A DNA stretch of 43,548 bases from contig JAFGHC010000028.1 in NCBI GenBank assembly GCA_016939335.1, positions 1 through 43,548 on the forward strand, written 5' to 3'. Below are positions 38,449-43,548 of the stretch, piece after piece (positions within the stretch are counted from its first letter, which is position 1; every line of letters begins with the position of its first letter). The notes beneath the pieces were generated by a model. The model saw only the letters and a list, made by a program, of their open reading frames with translations, did no database searches and was not told the origin of the DNA. The position numbers were made by a program, and so were the translations under genes. This stretch comes from Candidatus Saganbacteria bacterium (GTDB lineage Bacteria; Margulisbacteria; WOR-1; O2-12-FULL-45-9; XYB2-FULL-48-7).

Positions 38449-40173
38449 TTAAAACACTTTGACCAGCGTCGAATAGCTGTCCCGCCCCAGCTCCGAGACC
38501 ATCCCGCGATAAGCGAGCCGCCGCCAGCTCCGCGTGTCGGAGAGGACGAGCGCTTCCCCTTTGGCCAGCGCCGCTTTCAGCTCTTCCCCTTCCCAGAAGT
38601 ACCGGTCGGCCGGCCCGGCCATAAAATCGACGTACAATAGATCGGGACTGTAAAATAAATTCCGGTCGTGCGGCCGGTAAATATAGAATTTGAACCCTTC
38701 GGCCCGGTATTCCCGGATAATCCCCGGCCAGGTGACGTCGGGATTGAAAGCGTCGGCCAGGGGCTTCGTATTGTAAAAGAGAACGGCGTAGGCAAGACAG
38801 ACAAGGGCGAAACAAAGGGCAAGAAATGAGGGAGAGGGCTTAAAGAGAAAAAAGGCAAGAAAGGCGAGAGAAACGACAAAGAGGGCGAGCGGCGGGAGCG
38901 CCGCGACCAGGCTGAAACCCTGCGGATTGACCGGTTTGATCAGCAGCGCGATCAAAATGGCGGCAAAAAGCGCCAGGAAGAAGATTTGAAAGCCGATCAG
39001 GCAACCGCGACGTTTGTTCCGCGCCAAGCCGATCAATTTCAGCGCCGCCAGTATCGCCAGCGGCGGCACGAAAATGACGAAAGTGCGCAGATCGCTGATC
39101 TTATAGAAGAAGAGGAGAAAAAGGAAATTCGACCAGAACCATAACGAGCAGAACGTGTTCAGATTAAGCTTTCGGCTCGTAACTTCAAACTTCAAACGAC
39201 AAAATCCCAAACAATTTCCAAGTCCTAAGTCCCAGGAGTTGGATTTTGGCATTTGATCTTGTGATTTGTTTTGATGTTTGATGTTTGATGTTGGGATTTT
39301 ATTAGGCCTCTTCCAGGGCAGCTTTATCCCGGTTAAGGCCAGCGGCGTCCACGGGAAGACGGCGATCAGCAGGAAGCCGATGATCGAATAATAAAAGCCG
39401 AAGCCGAGATAGCCGGCGTTGTATTTGCTCGCGAGCGTGATGCTTTTTAAATAAGGGAGCCATTGGTCTTTCAAAACGAATGCTTGAGCGCAGAGCACGC
39501 TCCCGATGGTGAGGGCGAAGAGGGAAAGGGAGAGTAACGAGTAACGGGTAACGAGAATGGAGAAGAGTGTTTTACGGGCGCGGGAATTGAAGATCAGAAG
39601 AAATACGAGCGTTAAAAGCGGCGGGAGCAGCCCGAAGCCGCTCTTGGTCAGGAAGCCGAGCGCCAGGGCGGCGGAAAAGATCAGCAGATAAGCCGGCTTG
39701 GCCTTTTTCAGAACAGCGTAGAGCGAGAGGTTGGCCAGCATGACAAAAACGGTCAGCGGCAGGTCGAGCTTCGGCGCGCGCGAATAGACCACAAGGCACA
39801 GGCTGGTCGCGGCGATCAGCGCCGCATAGAGCGCGATCTTTTTTGCGGCGAGGGTCGCGAGCAGGTAATAGAAGAGCGCCAGGAATAAAGTGAAATAAAG
39901 GGCGTTGGGGAAATGAATGGTCAGCTCATTGACGCCGCCGAGCGCGGGGAACCAGGCGAGCAGCCAGAGGCCGGCCGGCGGCTTGTCGAAAAATGACGAA
40001 GGGTCGCCGGCTGTGACGAGCGGGGCGAGCCACTCCCCGTGCACGACCATGTTCTTGGCCGCCAGCGCGTAAGTCGAGGCGTCGTCGGTCAGCAAAGGGT
40101 TGCGCGGCAGCGTCAGGAACGAAGCGGCGATAAAGAGCGCCAGGATGACGAGCAGCATTTCCCGCGGTTTCAC
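38449..40173 (-). CDS. ArnT-like GT-C glycosyltransferase
   Basis: DDASTY..KNM, FFDKPP, LGFLTKS, FPW motifs; multi-TM. Confidence 0.85.
   Translation of the reverse strand: MKPREMLLVILALFIAASFLTLPRNPLLTDDASTYALAAKNMVVHGEWLAPLVTAGDPSSFFDKPPAGLWLLAWFPALGGVNELTIHFPNALYFTLFLALFYYLLATLAAKKIALYAALIAATSLCLVVYSRAPKLDLPLTVFVMLANLSLYAVLKKAKPAYLLIFSAALALGFLTKSGFGLLPPLLTLVFLLIFNSRARKTLFSILVTRYSLLSLSLFALTIGSVLCAQAFVLKDQWLPYLKSITLASKYNAGYLGFGFYYSIIGFLLIAVFPWTPLALTGIKLPWKRPNKIPTSNIKHQNKSQDQMPKSNSWDLGLGNCLGFCRLKFEVTSRKLNLNTFCSLWFWSNFLFLLFFYKISDLRTFVIFVPPLAILAALKLIGLARNKRRGCLIGFQIFFLALFAAILIALLIKPVNPQGFSLVAALPPLALFVVSLAFLAFFLFKPSPSFLALCFALVCLAYAVLFYNTKPLADAFNPDVTWPGIIREYRAEGFKFYIYRPHDRNLFYSPDLLYVDFMAGPADRYFWEGEELKAALAKGEALVLSDTRSWRRLAYRGMVSELGRDSYSTLVKVF
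39181..39300. repeat. Complete heptamer hairpin element in frame in ArnT-like gene
   Basis: AACTTCA AACTTCA AACGACA AAATCCC ... TTTGATG TTTGATG TTTGATG TTGGGAT; about 40 codons KIPTSNIKHQNKSQ...LKFEV. Confidence 0.85.
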
Positions 40174-41543
40174 GGCAGCGTCCCTCCCCTGAAGCCGGCG
40201 CCGGCGTAAACTACCGTTCTGGTCGGGATGTCGGAATCTTTGGCGAAAAGGCGCGGCTGTTCATCGGCCGTCAGTCTGGCGAAGAGCGGCTTCAGTTTGG
40301 CGGCCAGCTCCGGCTCGCCCAGCGCGAAATAAATGACGTTGTCGCCCCGTTTGAGTTCGGGTTTTCCCCAGAGGTCGTACTGCGGGTGCCGGCCGGGCGG
40401 CAGATAAGTTCTGACGCGGCCGTGGAACGCCACCAGCCCCGCCACCCCTAAATTATTACTTATAATGTAGGTGCGGCCGGCGCGGGGCGCCGCGCCGGAG
40501 AGGTAGGCGGGCAGCTGCCGGTTGAGCCGGTATTCGCGGCCGGCGAGTTCTGCGGGGACCGGATAGCGCAGGAAATACGCGAGCGCGGGGAGCGCGACGG
40601 CCAGCGCAAAGCAGACCGCGGCCCAGCGCCAGCGCCGTTTCCATTCAGCCGTTTGCAGCAGCACGGGAAGATAGGCGGTCGCCGTCCAATGGCCGCCGAG
40701 GATGACCGGGAAAGAAAGGAGCGTGAAAGGGAGAAAGACGGCGCTCGACATCACCGCCGGCAGGCTGCGGTCGCGCCCGGTCAACAGCCGGACGGCGTTC
40801 CGGCAGGCGGCGAAAAAGAGCGGAGGAGTGTAGAGCGCCAGCTGCAGCAGGGCGGAATAGGCGAAGTTATAAAGCCAGGGGCCGGACGCCCGGCTGCCGT
40901 GATAACTGAAGGACGGCCAGTGGCGGCTGGCTTCCCAGCCGATCAGCGGGACGAGCAGCGCCAGCGAGATCAGCGCCGCGAGGTACGGCTCTTTTCTCGC
41001 CAGCCAGAAACGCTGTTCGGGCTCGATCAGCAAGTAAACTAAAACACCCAGCGCGAAAAGCGCCATGCCGAAGTCGCTCAAGAGCCCCAGCCCGGCCGTT
41101 ACCCCCAGCCAGTACCAGGGCCCGCTCGACCGGCGGCGGATTATCCGGGCGAAAAGATAAAAGCTTAGGGCAAAAAAGAAAAGAAGGAGGAGCTGCGGCA
41201 CCAGGAAGAGACCGCCGCCGAAAACCGTCGGCAGCAGGTTAAAGAGGACGGCGGCCGCCGCTCCCGCTTTTTCGCCGTAAAGTTCCTTCCCGGTCAGATA
41301 AATGATGACCGAGGTCAGCAGCACCAGGCCGAGGGCGCAGCAGCGGACCGCGAGCTCGCTCGGCCCGAACACGGCGGTCAGGAGGTAATTGACATAGGCG
41401 ATCAGCGGCGGATGGTCGAGATAGCCCCAGGCCGGGTGCTGGCCCCAGAGCCAGTAGTACCCTTCGTCGCCGATCAGCGGGAAATACGGGACTAGAAAGA
41501 GCTTGGCCAGGTTAAGACCGATTAAGAATAAGACGAGATTCAT
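40170..41543 (-). CDS. GT-C membrane glycosyltransferase, paralog of 36917-38329
   Basis: DEGYYWLW..GYLDHPP; shares RFWL.RKEPYL and QY.LWG.P.LK.G with the paralog. Confidence 0.85.
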   Translation of the reverse strand: MNLVLFLIGLNLAKLFLVPYFPLIGDEGYYWLWGQHPAWGYLDHPPLIAYVNYLLTAVFGPSELAVRCCALGLVLLTSVIIYLTGKELYGEKAGAAAAVLFNLLPTVFGGGLFLVPQLLLLFFFALSFYLFARIIRRRSSGPWYWLGVTAGLGLLSDFGMALFALGVLVYLLIEPEQRFWLARKEPYLAALISLALLVPLIGWEASRHWPSFSYHGSRASGPWLYNFAYSALLQLALYTPPLFFAACRNAVRLLTGRDRSLPAVMSSAVFLPFTLLSFPVILGGHWTATAYLPVLLQTAEWKRRWRWAAVCFALAVALPALAYFLRYPVPAELAGREYRLNRQLPAYLSGAAPRAGRTYIISNNLGVAGLVAFHGRVRTYLPPGRHPQYDLWGKPELKRGDNVIYFALGEPELAAKLKPLFARLTADEQPRLFAKDSDIPTRTVVYAGAGFRGGTLP

Positions 41544-41560
41544 GATAAAATTATAACATG
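41541..41560. promoter_or_regulatory. Overlapping bidirectional extended -10 promoters
   Basis: CATGATAAAATTATAACATG: plus TGATAAAAT then 6 nt then ATG; minus TGTTATAAT then 6 nt then ATG. Confidence 0.65.
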
Positions 41561-42373
41561 CCGAACGTTCAGAATATCGGCCTGATGATCACCAATAACG
41601 AGGATGACGTTATCGAAGAGGTGATGGAGGCCAATAAAAAATATTTCGACAGGATCCTCGTCCTCGACGGGTCGAGCGACCGGACCGAAGAGATCCTGCG
41701 CAGCTACGACTGCGTCAAATATTTCCTCAAGGACAGCGAGATCATCGGCCAACTGCCCGGCCGCAAGTTCGAGGACGGCGCCCGCCAGTTCCTCCTGCAA
41801 AAAGCCCAGGAAATGTACCCCGTGGAGGGCTGGTTCACCCTCCTGCACGGCGACGAGATCTGGCACGACGATCCCAACCGGGTCGCCGAGCAGGCGGAGA
41901 AAGCGCGCGCCGAGAAGGTCAACTGGTACGTGATGAACTTTTTCCTCCACACTTCCGACAAAGGCCGCGACCTTGAGGCGGTCAGGTCGGTTGAGGAGCG
42001 CGTCCTCTGGTATTGCCCCGGCTACCTCGAGATCCGCTCGTTCCGCAACAAGCCCGGCATCCGTTACGAGCTCGGGCAGAAGAACAATGTCATCCCGCGG
42101 GGGATCGGCTGGCAGATCTACAAGCATTTCCCGGTCTACAAGCACTATCCGTTCCGCTCGGTGGCGCAGATCATGAAGAAACAGGCGTCGCACCGGGCGA
42201 CCGGCTTTAATCAAACCTACGAAGGCTTCAACCGCGACAACTGTTTTCTCGAGATCCTGCCCAATTACAAGGTCGCCCGCAGGTTCGACGGTTCGTTCCA
42301 CGAGTTCGAGCTCAAGGACCAGGGGACCCTTTTCTGGCGCTGGCTGCGGGGGAGCAGGTATATAACTTGGTAA
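41558..42373 (+). CDS. Glycosyltransferase family 2-like protein
   Basis: ITNNEDD, VLDGSSDRT, LHGDE, KHY motifs. Confidence 0.8.
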   Translation: MPNVQNIGLMITNNEDDVIEEVMEANKKYFDRILVLDGSSDRTEEILRSYDCVKYFLKDSEIIGQLPGRKFEDGARQFLLQKAQEMYPVEGWFTLLHGDEIWHDDPNRVAEQAEKARAEKVNWYVMNFFLHTSDKGRDLEAVRSVEERVLWYCPGYLEIRSFRNKPGIRYELGQKNNVIPRGIGWQIYKHFPVYKHYPFRSVAQIMKKQASHRATGFNQTYEGFNRDNCFLEILPNYKVARRFDGSFHEFELKDQGTLFWRWLRGSRYITW

Positions 42374-43365
42374 GGATATTGATCGTCAAGCTCGGCGCGC
42401 TCGGCGACGTCCTGCGGACGACCTCGCTCCTCCCCGGGCTGGCCGAAAAATTCGCCCCGGCGGAGCTCGATTGGATCACTGCGGACGCCGCCAGCGAACT
42501 CCTCGATTGGAACCCGTACCTTTCCCGCGTCCTGGCCTGGGACGAGCGCGACGGGGCGGGGAGTTATGACCTGGTCATCGGCCTCGAGGACGAGAAGGAC
42601 GTCTGCCGTTTTGCCTCAACTGTCGACGCTAAAGAGGTCATCGGCGCTTATTTGTCAAAAGGGAGGATCACTTATACCCCTTCGGCCTGGTTCGACATGT
42701 CGGTCATCTCGCGCTTTGGCCTCGAGCAGGCCAACAGCCTGAAACAAAAGAACGAAAAAACTTACCAGCAGCACATGGCCGACCTCCTCGGCATCAAGGT
42801 CTCGCCCTACGTCTTCAAGCTGCAGCCCGACGAGATCGAGTACGGGCGGAAAGTGGTGAAAGATCTAGGGATAGGGATAAAGGAGAAGATCGTGGGGGTC
42901 AACACCGGGGCGGGGAAGCGCTGGCCGCAGAAGAGCTGGGGGAGCGAACAGACGATCGACCTGGTCAAACGGATCAGGGACGAGCTCGGGGCGGTTTCGC
43001 TCATCCTCGGCGGCCTTGACGAGCGGGCGCGCAACCGGGCGATCGCGCGGGAGACCGGCATGCCCGAGACCGGCGTCCACTCCCTGCGCGGCTTCGCCGG
43101 CGTCGTCAACCGGTGTGCCGTTCTGCTTTCCAGCGACAGCCTGGCGCTCCATTTCGGCATCGCGCTGAACAAGCGCCTGGTCGTCTTCTTCGGGCCGACC
43201 TCGGCCGCGGAGATCGAGCTTTACGGGCTGGGCGAGAAACTGGCGCCGGATAAGCCTTGCGCCGTCTGTTATAAGAAATCTTGCGAGCTGAAACCGAACT
43301 GCATGGACGATCTCCCGGTCGGCACGGTCTTTCAGGCGGTCAGGCGGCAGCTTGGGGCTTCGTAA
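42367..43365 (+). CDS. Glycosyltransferase family 9 (ADP-heptose:LPS heptosyltransferase-like)
   Basis: IVKLGALGDVL, GKRWPQKSW, SSDSLALH, FFGPT, CAVC..C..CM. Confidence 0.88.
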   Translation: MVRILIVKLGALGDVLRTTSLLPGLAEKFAPAELDWITADAASELLDWNPYLSRVLAWDERDGAGSYDLVIGLEDEKDVCRFASTVDAKEVIGAYLSKGRITYTPSAWFDMSVISRFGLEQANSLKQKNEKTYQQHMADLLGIKVSPYVFKLQPDEIEYGRKVVKDLGIGIKEKIVGVNTGAGKRWPQKSWGSEQTIDLVKRIRDELGAVSLILGGLDERARNRAIARETGMPETGVHSLRGFAGVVNRCAVLLSSDSLALHFGIALNKRLVVFFGPTSAAEIELYGLGEKLAPDKPCAVCYKKSCELKPNCMDDLPVGTVFQAVRRQLGAS

Positions 43366-43399
43366 CCTCCAGCCCTCACCCGGCTCGCATGCGTGAGAT

Positions 43400-43538
43400 A
43401 AATCACAAATAACAAATTACAAATAACAAACAATACCAAATTACCGAAATTTAAAGGCTCAAAACCGCCGAAGTTTATCCCATTTGGCCATTGTGATTTA
43501 GAAATTGTTTGTGATTTGTTATTTGATGCTTGTTATTT
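43400..43538. repeat. Heptamer-period hairpin, same family as 14831-14971
   Basis: AAATCAC AAATAAC AAATTAC AAATAAC AAACAAT ... GTGATTT GTTATTT GATGCTT GTTATTT. Confidence 0.85.
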
Positions 43539-43548
43539 AAGCGGATGA

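Noticed and set aside
38790..38890. Purine-rich stretch as another repeat element
   Set aside because: Explained by Phe/Leu/Ser-rich TM codons on the minus strand; periodicity too weak to call.

Overview
High-GC bacterial chromosome segment, probably diderm (predicted outer-membrane barrel protein, GT9 heptosyltransferase); lineage cannot be assigned from sequence alone. Gene order: (i) nitrogen/glutamine cluster: putative OM barrel, amtB, glnK, glnA, gltB, gltD, carA, N-terminal half of carB, nfnAB-like pair, Gln-dependent nadE; (ii) an unusual signalling locus: membrane histidine kinase fused in frame to a receiver, orphan FabF-like ketosynthase, SAM methyltransferase, a 7TM-GAF-PAS kinase whose phospho-His is replaced by Asn, and two kinase-less paralogous membrane sensors; (iii) complete F0F1 ATP synthase operon; (iv) two small unannotated ORFs, PflX-like radical SAM, alpha/beta hydrolase, hisS, AmmeMemoRadiSam radical SAM; (v) envelope glycosyltransferases. 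Best candidate for an undescribed system: an AT-rich block running from inside the ketosynthase gene through the methyltransferase to the end of the sensor domain of the pseudokinase, resembling a swapped signal-synthase/receptor specificity cassette (inference). Other signals: two sigma54-type promoters with an identically spaced TACA-N4-TGTA box; at least seven -10 boxes only 5-7 nt before ATG (leaderless-type), including a 20-bp bidirectional promoter; REP-like palindromes and an 88-bp dispersed repeat; and many 7-10-nt-period repeat hairpins, several translated in frame inside housekeeping proteins. No rRNA, tRNA, CRISPR array or transposase was recognised. All calls are from motif reading by eye; no searches were run.
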